Assembly (NCBI GenBank): GCA_031430055.1
Contig: JANPAU010000094.1
Span: forward strand, 1-45,702
DNA from: Akkermansiaceae bacterium
GTDB taxonomy: Bacteria; Verrucomicrobiota; Verrucomicrobiia; Verrucomicrobiales; Akkermansiaceae
DNA: 45,702 nt
Direction: 5' to 3'
Shown here one piece after another: positions 1 to 9,715 of this stretch. Each line of letters opens with the position of its first letter. Position 1 is the first letter of the stretch. A program made the translations under genes and the position numbers. Below the pieces are notes generated by a model, which searched no databases, was not told the origin of the DNA, and worked only from the letters and a program-made list of their open reading frames with translations.

Positions 1-32
1 CCTGATCGGGCGCAGAAGTTTATCCTTCACTT

Positions 33-1436
33 ATGTCACGCAAAACCAAAATCATCATCACGCTCGGGCCTGCCACTGAATCCGAAGAAATGATCGGCCG
101 CCTCATCGATGAGGGCACCAATGTTTTCCGGCTCAACATGAGCCACGCCAAGCACGAATGGGCCGCTGAGATGGCCAAACGGGTCCGCCGCCAAGCCGAA
201 GTCCGCGACGTTCACATCGCCGTGCTTTTCGACCTAACCGGCCCATCCATCCGCACCGGAGATCTGGAAAACCCCTACAATCTTCTCGAGGGCGATATCG
301 TCGAATTCCGTAAAGCGACCGCCGACGCCACGATCCCCATTTCTACCACGGTCAACTATGACGGACTCATGGGCGATGTCACCGTCGGCAACACGCTGGT
401 GGTCGACAATGGGGCGCTGCTCATGCGCATCGACGTGGTTGAAGAAGATCGGATTCTTTGTTTCGTCAAAACTCCCGGCAGCATGGGTTCGCGCCGCCAC
501 ATCAATCTTCCCGGAGTTCGCCTCAATCTTCCTGCACTAACGGAAAAGGATCACAAAGATCTCTCGCTCGCCGTCGGCTGCCGGGCCGACTACATCGCTG
601 GCTCCTTCGTCCGCGACTCCGCTCATGTTAGGGAACTGCGCGAAGCCATGAAAGCTCTCGAAGGCGAGGCGCAAATCGTTGCCAAGGTCGAGGACCAAGA
701 AGCCATCCGTAACATCGACGCCATCATCCACGAAGCCGACGTCATCATGGTTGCCCGCGGAGATCTTGGGACGGAAGTCGAGTTCGAAGAGCTCCCCATC
801 CTCCAGCGCCGCATTATCAAGCGCTGCCATGAGCTCGGCACCCGCGTCATCGTCGCCACCCAGCTCTTGGAATCGATGATCACGAATCCCACTCCTACCC
901 GTGCCGAAGTGACGGACGTGATGAATGCCGCCTATGAAGAAGCCGATTGCTTGATGCTTTCCGGTGAAACTTCGGTGGGCCGTTATCCCGAGCGCTGCGT
1001 CGAGGCGCTGGTCCGCATTTCCTCCCGCATCGAGCGCGTCGGCGGGCATGGTTTTGGGCAAAGCACCCTGCTCCGCGACGAGCGCCAAAAGACCGCCCGC
1101 GCCGCAGTCACTCTCGCGGATTCTCTACCCGACGCCCGGCTCGTTGTCCTCACCCGCCGCGGCGTACTGGCCAATCACGTGGCCATGTTGCGCCCTCGCA
1201 CCGCCGGATTCTATGCCTTCACGCCGACCGAAAGAGTCTGCCGTCAGCTCGCCCTCACCCGTGGCGTGCGTCCCTTCAAACTGCCTTTTTCCTCAAATAT
1301 CGAAGAAACGATCCAGAAGGTGAGCGAAATGTTACGCAAGGAAGATCTTGTCCGGCCAGGCACGCCCATCGTCATCGTATCTGATATTCTATCCAATCAC
1401 TTCGCCGCAAATTCGATTCTTCTCCACCACGCGTGA
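33..1436 (+). CDS. pyk: Pyruvate kinase
   Basis: N-terminal RKTKIIITLGPA, FRLNMSH, DLTGPSIRTG, IMVARGDLG, ATQLLESM, PTRAEVTDV and MLSGETSVGRYP motifs. Confidence 0.97.
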   Translation: MSRKTKIIITLGPATESEEMIGRLIDEGTNVFRLNMSHAKHEWAAEMAKRVRRQAEVRDVHIAVLFDLTGPSIRTGDLENPYNLLEGDIVEFRKATADATIPISTTVNYDGLMGDVTVGNTLVVDNGALLMRIDVVEEDRILCFVKTPGSMGSRRHINLPGVRLNLPALTEKDHKDLSLAVGCRADYIAGSFVRDSAHVRELREAMKALEGEAQIVAKVEDQEAIRNIDAIIHEADVIMVARGDLGTEVEFEELPILQRRIIKRCHELGTRVIVATQLLESMITNPTPTRAEVTDVMNAAYEEADCLMLSGETSVGRYPERCVEALVRISSRIERVGGHGFGQSTLLRDERQKTARAAVTLADSLPDARLVVLTRRGVLANHVAMLRPRTAGFYAFTPTERVCRQLALTRGVRPFKLPFSSNIEETIQKVSEMLRKEDLVRPGTPIVIVSDILSNHFAANSILLHHA

Positions 1437-1502
1437 TTCAGGCATTCCTGCCTGTTTTTCTCTTTCCTGAACCACAAACACAGACAGGAATGTCCGTGTC
1501 AC
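1433..1502. repeat. REP-like imperfect inverted repeat (CATTCCTG/CAGGAATG family)
   Basis: GTGATTCAGGCATTCCTGCCTG ... CAGACAGGAATGTCCGTGTCAC; near-identical arms at 19915-19979 and a half copy at 7829-7845. Confidence 0.7.
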
Positions 1503-1515
1503 TGCCAGACTACCC

Positions 1516-2352
1516 ATGAAACTCCTCCACGGTGATTGCCTCACCACGCTCCCCATCCTCGACGAAGCTTCCATCGATCTCGTCGTCACCTCGCCGCCCT
1601 ACAATCTCGGCATCGCCTACAAGAGTTTTAAGGACACCGCCCCACGCGAGGAATTTCTCATTTGGTGCCGTCAGTGGTCCGCTGAGGTGAAGCGTGTAAT
1701 GACCGACGACGGCTCATTTTTCCTCAATGTCGGCGCGGCTCCCGCAAATCCGCTGCTCCCTCACCAACTCATCCTCGCACTAACAGATGGCAGCGATTCC
1801 CTCTTCACCCTTCAAAACACATTCCACTGGATCAAATCCATCACCATCGAAACTCGCGCTAGCGAACAAATCAGCGCTGGCCATTTTAAACCCATTAACT
1901 CAAAGCGCTTCGTCAATGATTGCCACGAGTATATCTTCCACCTGACAAAATCCGGCAACACCGAGCTCGACCGCCGCGCGGCTGGCGTCCCCTATCAGGA
2001 CAAGTCCAACATCGCCCGCTGGGGCCACACCGGCGGCTCCGACCTCCGCTGCCGGGGAAACAATTGGTTCATCCCGTATGAGACGATCAACTCGCGCGAC
2101 AAGGACCGCCCGCATCCCGCCACGTTTCCCGTCGCCCTTGTCGAACAATGCATCCGCCTCCACGGCAAAGGCTCTGCCACCCGCTTGCTCGATCCATTTC
2201 TCGGCATCGGCACCTCCGCCATCGCCGCTCACCGGATGCAGATCGAAAACTTCACAGGCATCGAACTCGACGAACACTACCTCGCCACCGCCCGTGAGCG
2301 CCTCGCCGCCGAAATCACTCGCCTCCCTGAAGAACTGCCCTTCGGCGTTTGA
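1516..2352 (+). CDS. Site-specific DNA methyltransferase, beta-class (probably N4-cytosine), apparently orphan
   Basis: Motif IV VTSPPYN precedes HPATFP and motif I LDPFLGIGTS; GIELDEHY. Confidence 0.9.
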   Translation: MKLLHGDCLTTLPILDEASIDLVVTSPPYNLGIAYKSFKDTAPREEFLIWCRQWSAEVKRVMTDDGSFFLNVGAAPANPLLPHQLILALTDGSDSLFTLQNTFHWIKSITIETRASEQISAGHFKPINSKRFVNDCHEYIFHLTKSGNTELDRRAAGVPYQDKSNIARWGHTGGSDLRCRGNNWFIPYETINSRDKDRPHPATFPVALVEQCIRLHGKGSATRLLDPFLGIGTSAIAAHRMQIENFTGIELDEHYLATARERLAAEITRLPEELPFGV

Positions 2353-2444
2353 GCTTCACTAAAATTGGTTTCCTGACGTTTTCGCTTCAACCCCTGCGGT
2401 GAATCTTTTAGAACTCGGGAAGATTCCAAACGGAGTCAAAATCC

Positions 2445-3497
2445 ATGCACTCCGCTCTTAATCAACTGATCCGCGACGCGTTTGCCGATGCGGCGACCGA
2501 CGTCTTTTTGATCGAAGACGAACCGCCCCGCATCCGTCGGGAGGGCGAGGTGGTGATCCTTCACCCAGGGTCCATTCCAAGGGGCGCACTCGAAGAGTTT
2601 TGGAAATCCTGCGGCATCGATCCCACATCCACTCTCGAGGTGGACGTCTCCTGGCGCGTCCCCGGCGGCGGTCGCTTGCGGGTGAATCTCTATCACACCC
2701 TCGGCCGCCTCGCCGCCGTCTTGCGGCCGATCCGTAACGACATCCCGCCGCTTGCAGAGCTCGGACTGCCAGGTCCATTGCTAGAATCATGGATGCAGCG
2801 TCGTTACGGCCTCATCCTCATCACCGGTCCCACGGGATCGGGCAAATCCACGACCGTCGCCTCTTGTTTGGACTGGATTAATCAAAATTTATCCCGCCAC
2901 ATCGTCACCCTCGAAGACCCCATCGAGTTCCTCTTCACCAACGAGCGCTCCTTGTTCTCCCAGCGCGAGATTCGACAAGACTCCGCTAACTTTTCCTCAG
3001 GCCTGCGCTCGGCACTCCGCCAGAGTCCAGACGTGCTTTTCCTCGGAGAAATCCGTGACTCGGAGACTGCCATCACCGCCTTGCACGCTGCGGAAACCGG
3101 GCACTTGGTCATTTCCACCCTGCACAGCAGCAGCGTTGTCGATACGCTCGAACGCTTCTCCCATCTGATAGGCACCGAGACCTCCAGTGCGCTCAGCTTG
3201 CTCGCCTCACAGCTTGTCGGCATCCTCTCCCAGCAACTCCTCCCTCGCCTCGGCGGCGGACTCTTCCCTGCGCTCGAATACATGCAAAACGAGGCCGCTA
3301 CCCGCCGCTGGATTCTCGAGAACCGCCTCACCGAGCTCCAAGATCACCTGCTGAAATCCACCGAAGCCTCTAACTGCTCACTTCTCGAATACCTCGTCGC
3401 TTCGGTGAAACAAAACTACCTTGACCCCGACACGGCCCGCGGCGCTTGTGCCCGACCTCAGGATTTTGATCGCGCCATGCGCGGAATCTCTGGATAA
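2445..3497 (+). CDS. PilT/PilU family type IV pilus retraction ATPase
   Basis: Walker A GPTGSGKST, TLEDPIE, LRQSPDVLFLGEIRD, AETGHLVISTLH. Confidence 0.92.
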   Translation: MHSALNQLIRDAFADAATDVFLIEDEPPRIRREGEVVILHPGSIPRGALEEFWKSCGIDPTSTLEVDVSWRVPGGGRLRVNLYHTLGRLAAVLRPIRNDIPPLAELGLPGPLLESWMQRRYGLILITGPTGSGKSTTVASCLDWINQNLSRHIVTLEDPIEFLFTNERSLFSQREIRQDSANFSSGLRSALRQSPDVLFLGEIRDSETAITALHAAETGHLVISTLHSSSVVDTLERFSHLIGTETSSALSLLASQLVGILSQQLLPRLGGGLFPALEYMQNEAATRRWILENRLTELQDHLLKSTEASNCSLLEYLVASVKQNYLDPDTARGACARPQDFDRAMRGISG

Positions 3498-3509
3498 CCC
3501 AATCACGCC

Positions 3510-4598
3510 ATGGCCAGCGATATCACAGAATACCTTCGACACACCGTTGCCCTCGGCGGCTCAGACCTGCATCTCAGCGCTTGGGCTCCGGCTTGCGTCC
3601 GGGTGAACGGCTCCATTGTCCCCATCGATCAAGAGCTTCTCGACCCAGCCACCGTTAGAGACCTGATTCTCGACACACTCAGCGAGTCCCAACGCGCGAC
3701 CCTCGAAGAGGAATTGGAACTCGACTATGCCCTTCAAATCGATGGCATCGGCCGCTTTCGCGGAAATGTCCACATGGCCCGAGGTCACGCGGAGGCGTCA
3801 TTCCGCTTCATCCGGCAGGACATCCCCGAGCTCGAAACACTCGGCCACCACTCCGTCATCCATGAGTTTTGTAATTTGCGCAGCGGTCTCATCCTCGTCA
3901 CCGGCATCACCGGATCCGGGAAATCCACCACACTGGCCTCGATGGTCCGCCGCATCTCGGAGTCTCGTAATGGCGTGATCATCACCCTGGAAGACCCCAT
4001 CGAGTTCATCCATCAACACGCATCCTGTCTCATCAAACAGCGCGAAATTGGCAGCGATACCCGCAGCTTCCCCCGTGCCCTGCGTCAATCACTCCGCCAA
4101 GATCCCGACGTCATCGTCGTCTCAGAACTCCGGGATCTCGACACCATCCGCATCGCTCTAACTGCTGCGGAAACCGGTCACCTGGTGCTTGCCACCCTTC
4201 ACACCCCGGATGCCCCACAGACGATTGACCGGATTGTCGACGTCTTTCCATCCGACCAACAACAACAAGTGATCACCCAGCTTTCCGGCTCGTTAGAAGG
4301 CATCATCTGCCAGCGCCTCATCCCCCGCGCCGATGGCCAAGGCCGGGTGCTCGCCTCGGAAGTGCTCCGTCCTAGCCATGCCATCCGCAACTGCATCCGC
4401 GAGGGCAAGCTCGAACAAATCGTCGGCCTCATGGAAATCGGCCACAAGGAGGGCAACCGCACCATCGACGACAGCATCACCCATCTCTTGAATGCAAACC
4501 TCATCACTCGTGAAGAGGCCATGTTCAACGGTCGTGAGCGCAAAATTTTCGAGGAAAACCCCAAAGAACCTCGCAAGCCCAAATCAATCTGGACCTAA
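3510..4598 (+). CDS. pilT: Type IV pilus retraction ATPase PilT
   Basis: SDLHL, GITGSGKST, LRQDPDVI, AETGHLVLATLHT and AIRNCIRE (AIRNLIRE-like) motif. Confidence 0.9.
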   Translation: MASDITEYLRHTVALGGSDLHLSAWAPACVRVNGSIVPIDQELLDPATVRDLILDTLSESQRATLEEELELDYALQIDGIGRFRGNVHMARGHAEASFRFIRQDIPELETLGHHSVIHEFCNLRSGLILVTGITGSGKSTTLASMVRRISESRNGVIITLEDPIEFIHQHASCLIKQREIGSDTRSFPRALRQSLRQDPDVIVVSELRDLDTIRIALTAAETGHLVLATLHTPDAPQTIDRIVDVFPSDQQQQVITQLSGSLEGIICQRLIPRADGQGRVLASEVLRPSHAIRNCIREGKLEQIVGLMEIGHKEGNRTIDDSITHLLNANLITREEAMFNGRERKIFEENPKEPRKPKSIWT

Positions 4599-4604
4599 CT
4601 CAAT

Positions 4605-5300
4605 ATGGAATCTCCCAGCCCACGCTACATCCTCACTCGTGCCATCTTTCTCATCGCGGCCCTCTTTGCCATTCTCTCCGGCTTCAACTTCATCAAGAAG
4701 AAACAACGCCAAACCGCCATCATCGCAGAACTCAAGTCCCTCTCCAGCGACAGTTCGTTTTTCAAACAGTTCTATCCGGAAGACGCACAAAAGGCACTCG
4801 TCCGTGCCGTCGCGTTGATCGCAGAGGCCAAACAACTCGGCATCGCTCCGGAAAAAGCCATCGACCGCGGACTCGGCATCGAGGAGGTGTTTTTCAGCAC
4901 CGATACGAATCCCTACGAGCCAACCGCCCGCGAGACAATCATCCGCAACAGTCTGGGAAGCAACTACGAGAACTTCCTCAAACTCGGCTACAAGGCGGAT
5001 TTTCATACCCTCGGAGCCATGCGCGAAGGAAAATTGCCAACTCTCCCCGATGGCCCGCTTGTTGGGAAAAACCCGATAATCGTCAACCTCATCGACCCCT
5101 CAATCTCACCGGGTATCGACAAGGTCATCGCCAACCTTGAAATCCGTCCTCCCCAAACTGGGGCACACGTGCCGACGGATATCGAAATCGCCGCAGCCAA
5201 GCAACTCGCCCGCGACCTAGCGGATGCAAAGATCATCGAGGAAATTGTCCGCGACCGGATCATCACCAAACTCTCGCCGCCATCTGCGAAAGAACCCTAA
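4605..5300 (+). CDS. Hypothetical protein with a single N-terminal membrane anchor
   Basis: 231-aa ORF starting 6 nt after pilT; hydrophobic AIFLIAALFAILSGF followed by KKKQR. Confidence 0.75.
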   Translation: MESPSPRYILTRAIFLIAALFAILSGFNFIKKKQRQTAIIAELKSLSSDSSFFKQFYPEDAQKALVRAVALIAEAKQLGIAPEKAIDRGLGIEEVFFSTDTNPYEPTARETIIRNSLGSNYENFLKLGYKADFHTLGAMREGKLPTLPDGPLVGKNPIIVNLIDPSISPGIDKVIANLEIRPPQTGAHVPTDIEIAAAKQLARDLADAKIIEEIVRDRIITKLSPPSAKEP

Positions 5301-5332
5301 GCATCTGACCGAAGTTCATTCCGCTTGTCAAT

Positions 5333-6106
5333 CTAGCGGGGCCGGCGCAGGGCGAAGCCAAGGCAAGAAAACCCGACCAACAAGCTGCTGGATACTTCGG
5401 GAACGACACTGACTGTCACGTTGGTCGCGTAAGTCGGATACGCTCCACCCACTGGAAGCACCGGTGGTTTCGTTAGATATTCTGCGCCGCCCACCATGAT
5501 GGTATAGGTGCCGGCGGGCAGATTGAAAGAGCCCATAACGTAGCCATCCGCAGTACCATCGCCATTAATTCTGGAGGCGCTTCCATAGTTCGCAGAAGTG
5601 CCATCTGCCATGTTTCCCATATAGGTAAAATCACTCAGGCTGCTGATGGCGGGAGCAACCGCATCGTTGCCAATCCGCCAGTCACCAAGTGCATTGAAGG
5701 TGCCTTGGGCGATGTCCGGCGCACCAAAGAGCCCGGTCAGATAGGCGGTGCTGATCGCACTGCCATCATGATCCAGCGCGTCCGGCGCGAGGTGAGCCAG
5801 GCCGGAGTAGACTGAAAGCGCGGGAAGCAATGGATTTCCGATTCCGGAGGCTTGAGCAGAGAGGGTCACCTGCCCCGCAGTCGCCAGCGTGAAGCGGAAG
5901 GCGCGGTTGCGGTGGCTGTCGCCCAGATCAAAGTCGGTCGAGTAGGCCCAGCCGAAGGTGCTGGAAATATTGCCGGACTTGGTGGACGAGGTGGTTTGAT
6001 TTCCCGGATCGAGCGTGCCGAAATCACGGCCCGTGTAGCTTAAGTGAGCGAAGCCGATTGCCCCGCCGCCGAGTGTGAGAAACGTGATGAGAGTGATCGT
6101 TTTCAT
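5333..6106 (-). CDS. Secreted PEP-CTERM-type surface protein with His motifs
   Basis: Signal peptide; C-terminal VVPEVSSSLLVGFSCLGFALRRPR; His motifs AHLSY, DSHR and AHLAPDALDHD. Confidence 0.85.
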   Translation of the reverse strand: MKTITLITFLTLGGGAIGFAHLSYTGRDFGTLDPGNQTTSSTKSGNISSTFGWAYSTDFDLGDSHRNRAFRFTLATAGQVTLSAQASGIGNPLLPALSVYSGLAHLAPDALDHDGSAISTAYLTGLFGAPDIAQGTFNALGDWRIGNDAVAPAISSLSDFTYMGNMADGTSANYGSASRINGDGTADGYVMGSFNLPAGTYTIMVGGAEYLTKPPVLPVGGAYPTYATNVTVSVVPEVSSSLLVGFSCLGFALRRPR

Positions 6107-6148
6107 GTGGATTGTATTTTCTGATAGTTGGTGTGGAGAGACCTTGGT

Positions 6149-7057
6149 TCAAGGATTCGCCCAATCGAATGCGAGTCGGTAGAACGCCTTGCCCACAGGT
6201 GGAGAGGGGTCGGTGAAATTAAGAGTATCGGCAGTAGTGCCGGTCACGGTTCCGAGGGATTGCCAATCATTCCCGGAAAGGGTGGTGCTGCGCTGGATGG
6301 TGAAAACCACGCCGCTCTGATGATTCTTCCAGATCCCCATCTGACAGGGCCACGTCAGGGTGGGGGAGCCACTGGTGTTTTGCCCGAGAGTGGGCTGGAA
6401 GCTAGGTCCGGCTTGGAATTTGAAAATATAAGTCTGACTGGGCGTGTGCCAGGCACCACTGGGACCAGTAGTACTAAGGTCCACAAAACGAATGCCTACC
6501 AGGTAGTCACCTGGCTTGTCTGCCGTCCAGGCGCGACCATGGATGTGGCCGGACGGATCGTCGTCGATGTTATCATTACCCTCGCTGATGACAAATCGTG
6601 GATTCCCGGTGGGCTGGTTGGTGGCGAGAGAATACCCCACCACCGTGGCACCTTCGTCCCAGTAGCCAAAGTTTGCTCCCGCCGGTCCGGTGACGCTGAC
6701 GATTTCCGCCCAGATCCAGGCGCCGGTGTGGGCGTGGTCTGGGCTGGCGAGGTCATACTGCCCGTCAGACAATGCGGTGATGGAAAACGTGTCCAGCGGG
6801 TAAAGGGTGCGGACAGATTCAGATAGATTGTAGTAACCGCCGCAACGCTGGCCAACCGGACGCGGCAGAAGGTGGAAGGTGCGGTTCGACCAGTTAGTTC
6901 CGGTGAGCTGGAGTTGCTCCCCGGCATTAGCCTCACCGTTGTTGTTGGAGTCGGCAATGCCGACGGCAAAGTGATCGTGAGCCATGGATGGAATGATGGA
7001 AATGCCCAAGGCAAGCGCCACGGATTTTATCGAAAAAAACGGAATGATTGATTTCAC
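6149..7057 (-). CDS. Secreted His-motif protein (choice-of-anchor M-like) with a C-terminal FYR-type domain
   Basis: GTG start, signal peptide ending SMA-HDHF; DHAH; GHIHGRAWTADKPGDY parallels HxHxxWxFxxPGxY; ends FTDPSPPVGKAFYRL. Confidence 0.78.
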   Translation of the reverse strand: MKSIIPFFSIKSVALALGISIIPSMAHDHFAVGIADSNNNGEANAGEQLQLTGTNWSNRTFHLLPRPVGQRCGGYYNLSESVRTLYPLDTFSITALSDGQYDLASPDHAHTGAWIWAEIVSVTGPAGANFGYWDEGATVVGYSLATNQPTGNPRFVISEGNDNIDDDPSGHIHGRAWTADKPGDYLVGIRFVDLSTTGPSGAWHTPSQTYIFKFQAGPSFQPTLGQNTSGSPTLTWPCQMGIWKNHQSGVVFTIQRSTTLSGNDWQSLGTVTGTTADTLNFTDPSPPVGKAFYRLAFDWANP

Positions 7058-7111
7058 GAGAGTTGGAAGTTTGAGATTCAGATGGTCTGCAAATAGATCT
7101 TTTTGAGCGCG

Positions 7112-7780
7112 TCAGTCGGATACCGCCGGATTTGAGGGATCGACGAAGCGGTCATTCCTCGTGGCCAGTCGGGCTTGCACCTGTTGCCACGACAAGGTTT
7201 CCACATGCCCATCAGCGAAGAGATAGTTGGCTGCCACGCCATGATTTTGGACCGCGACATCGTTTTCAAATACCTCAGGCGGAATCGTGCCGCCGTAGTA
7301 GTCGGTAAAATGAAAATGGTTCACGTTCGCGTACGAAGCAGCAGCTTCAGCGAATAAGAATGTCGCCTCGGGCCGTTGGATTTTCGACAGGATCGAGAAG
7401 TCTAATTCCGGCGCGCCGGCCGGCTTCTGAGTTAGAAAATCATTGATCACATAGGTGTAAGCGCGAGACTTGTCGGAATCTTCATGGCACTTGAAGGTGA
7501 TGGTGCCCGAGGCATAGGGTTGTAGCGTTAGAATCCAGGACTTCACACCACGCGAACGTTGGTGCGATGATGCGGGCAGGGTCATGTTGTTGTCTCCCGC
7601 ATACATCATCGTCGCCATGCCGATTTGGCGCAGGTTCTGGCTGCAATTGATGGTACGACTGCGAGTAATCATGCCTTTCCCCACCGGCGCAATGATAGCC
7701 GCCATCACCGCAATGATGCTTACGACGACGAGTAATTCGACTAAGGTGAAGCCTCTGCTGGAAGGATAAGAATTTTTCAA
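7112..7780 (-). CDS. Prepilin-type N-terminal cleavage/methylation protein with H-X9-DG domain
   Basis: RG|FTLVELLVVVSIIAV, CSQNLRQIG, NHGVAANYLFADGHVE. Confidence 0.92.
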   Translation of the reverse strand: MKNSYPSSRGFTLVELLVVVSIIAVMAAIIAPVGKGMITRSRTINCSQNLRQIGMATMMYAGDNNMTLPASSHQRSRGVKSWILTLQPYASGTITFKCHEDSDKSRAYTYVINDFLTQKPAGAPELDFSILSKIQRPEATFLFAEAAASYANVNHFHFTDYYGGTIPPEVFENDVAVQNHGVAANYLFADGHVETLSWQQVQARLATRNDRFVDPSNPAVSD

Positions 7781-8053
7781 AATGTTAATGTATAGATTCG
7801 GTACGGCGACAAAGTCTGCCTAAGGAGGGTGGACATTCCTGTCCGTCTGCCAATGAAGCGCGAAAGCGAATTGCCTAAGGCGCATTCCTTTCTCCTCGCA
7901 CGTTGGCCCACGACAAGAGGGTCGTGATTCTTCAAGCTTCGTCGTGAAAAACGACGCGGCACGCAAACTCAAGGAGAGATGAAACGGCCCTACAAATCCT
8001 CACGGATTCCATCGTCCGATCTCAAATCCCAGCTTTGATCTACGGGAAGACGA

Positions 8054-8482
8054 TTAAACCACTCGCGGCGGCTGCATCGGCACGGCAAGATGGACCTGTG
8101 CATAGGTCCCGAAGTATTCTGTCACACGGAATATTAGTTCCGTGCTGTGCGGGAGTGGAACCATGACTGGAGCAGGCAAGGTGACTTCCCATTTCATCTC
8201 AGCTTTGAGCAAAGGTTTTTTCTCACTCTCGCTCTTCGACTTCTTCACCACTTTGCAGAGGTGGCATGGATGCTCTCCGTCGAAGGTTTTATCGACCGCT
8301 TCTGAGAAAGAATTCGTGCTGGAAAACTCTACCAACATATTCCCCCATGCGACCGTCTGAAGCAGCGCCAAATGCCCGCCCATGGACACGAGAAGTGTCC
8401 CGATCAGGAGATATTGGCTAGCACGTATTACCCACTGCGACATGACGGAAGCCATGGATAGATTGCCGAAGCCTGCGGTCAA
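8054..8482 (-). CDS. Small membrane protein with CxxC (DUF2946-like); start uncertain
   Basis: Hydrophobic N-terminus, GGH, FDGEHPCHLC, Pro-rich C-terminus ending QPPRVV. Confidence 0.7.
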   Translation of the reverse strand: MTAGFGNLSMASVMSQWVIRASQYLLIGTLLVSMGGHLALLQTVAWGNMLVEFSSTNSFSEAVDKTFDGEHPCHLCKVVKKSKSESEKKPLLKAEMKWEVTLPAPVMVPLPHSTELIFRVTEYFGTYAQVHLAVPMQPPRVV

Positions 8483-8539
8483 GCAGTTTTAAGAGTTTAT
8501 ATACGCTCTATTTCCGCTGATGCGATGGTGATATCGCGA

Positions 8540-9715
8540 TTACTCGGGAGTCGAAACAAGCATCACTCTTGCAAACCCGCGAGATGGTCTTGCCTGACCG
8601 GTCGGGCGCTTGCAGGTAACTTTCTCCCACACTGGGTTGAGCGAGTTCTGCGCCGCAGGGAAGTTTGTGACTTCAGTAACTATTCCGGAATCCTTCCAAT
8701 CTTCTACTGCCAAACTATTGGCGAACTGTGGGTTGTAGCTGATTGGTGCGATCTGCTCGGCTGCACGCCGCTGCGGATACTTTAGGACTTCATAAAACGT
8801 GCCGCCATCCTCAATGAGTGATATTTCCGGCAAACCCAGACCGGCAGCTACCGCTTCAGCGTTCCCATTTCGTGGATTGTATCCGAAGGCGAACTCGACG
8901 AGGTTTTTCATCCCGTCTTGGTCGGGATCTGCGTCCGGTCCGCAGATGGCCGGTTGATCGAGTTCACTGGCGGAAAAATGGGTGGTCTGCCACTGCGCGA
9001 AGGGGCCGATGGCGAATGTGACGGTAAACGGAGGACCCGATCCGGTGGGATTGCTCTGGCCAGGACCTAGGAACGCGGACGCGGCAAGCCTAATCCGATA
9101 GATTCCCGGAGATCCGAATCCCCAATTGAGATGGACGTGACCTCCGGCTACGAACAGGAAGGTGTCCGGATGGGATTGATCCGCCGTGGAGAACCAGACC
9201 GTCGGTGTTCCGAAACCGTCAGTCTGCCACATGGAAAATGCTCCCGCGTCACTTCCCGGACGAGTGACACTCAGCAAGGTGAGCTTCAACCAGGGAAGGG
9301 CGAGAGCACGGTCCTCCGCTGGCAGCCGGAGATCTGTTTCCTGGTAGGCGCCGAAGGTTCCCGTGGCCTGATTGTTGTTGAATCCCGGCCAGCACTGGTC
9401 CGGTGTCTGGATTTGTGGCGCAACCCAGAGCGGACTGCCGGGTGCCACGCCGGTGAATGCGAATTCTGGCGCTTCCGGCTGCTCTAACCGCTGCCCGCCG
9501 GTGGCTGATGGCTCGTCGTCAAGAGGAAGGCTGACCGCGTCGAACTCTTGAAAAAAGTCGCTGCCCTCCGCCACGGTTTTCGCTTCGGAGGTCCAGCCGT
9601 CTTCCGGAGTGTAGGTGAGGTGGACGTCCACGTGTTCGCGCAGAGAAACCAGCCCGGCCGGGCTTGGCAGCACGGACCCGAGCACGGTCGAGGTAAGTAT
9701 CAGTATGTATTTCAT
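8540..9715 (-). CDS. Secreted choice-of-anchor M (TIGR03769-like) domain protein with a C-terminal DPDxDG...RxFxR domain
   Basis: Signal peptide; EHVDVH, WVAPQ, WPGF, GHVHLNWGFGSPGIY; DADPDQDGMKNLVEFAFGYNP; start overlaps the upstream stop by 4 nt. Confidence 0.85.
   Translation of the reverse strand: MKYILILTSTVLGSVLPSPAGLVSLREHVDVHLTYTPEDGWTSEAKTVAEGSDFFQEFDAVSLPLDDEPSATGGQRLEQPEAPEFAFTGVAPGSPLWVAPQIQTPDQCWPGFNNNQATGTFGAYQETDLRLPAEDRALALPWLKLTLLSVTRPGSDAGAFSMWQTDGFGTPTVWFSTADQSHPDTFLFVAGGHVHLNWGFGSPGIYRIRLAASAFLGPGQSNPTGSGPPFTVTFAIGPFAQWQTTHFSASELDQPAICGPDADPDQDGMKNLVEFAFGYNPRNGNAEAVAAGLGLPEISLIEDGGTFYEVLKYPQRRAAEQIAPISYNPQFANSLAVEDWKDSGIVTEVTNFPAAQNSLNPVWEKVTCKRPTGQARPSRGFARVMLVSTPE

Noticed and set aside
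6128-6826. 232-aa plus-strand ORF
   Set aside because: Antisense shadow of the secreted protein 6149-7057, with no recognisable motifs
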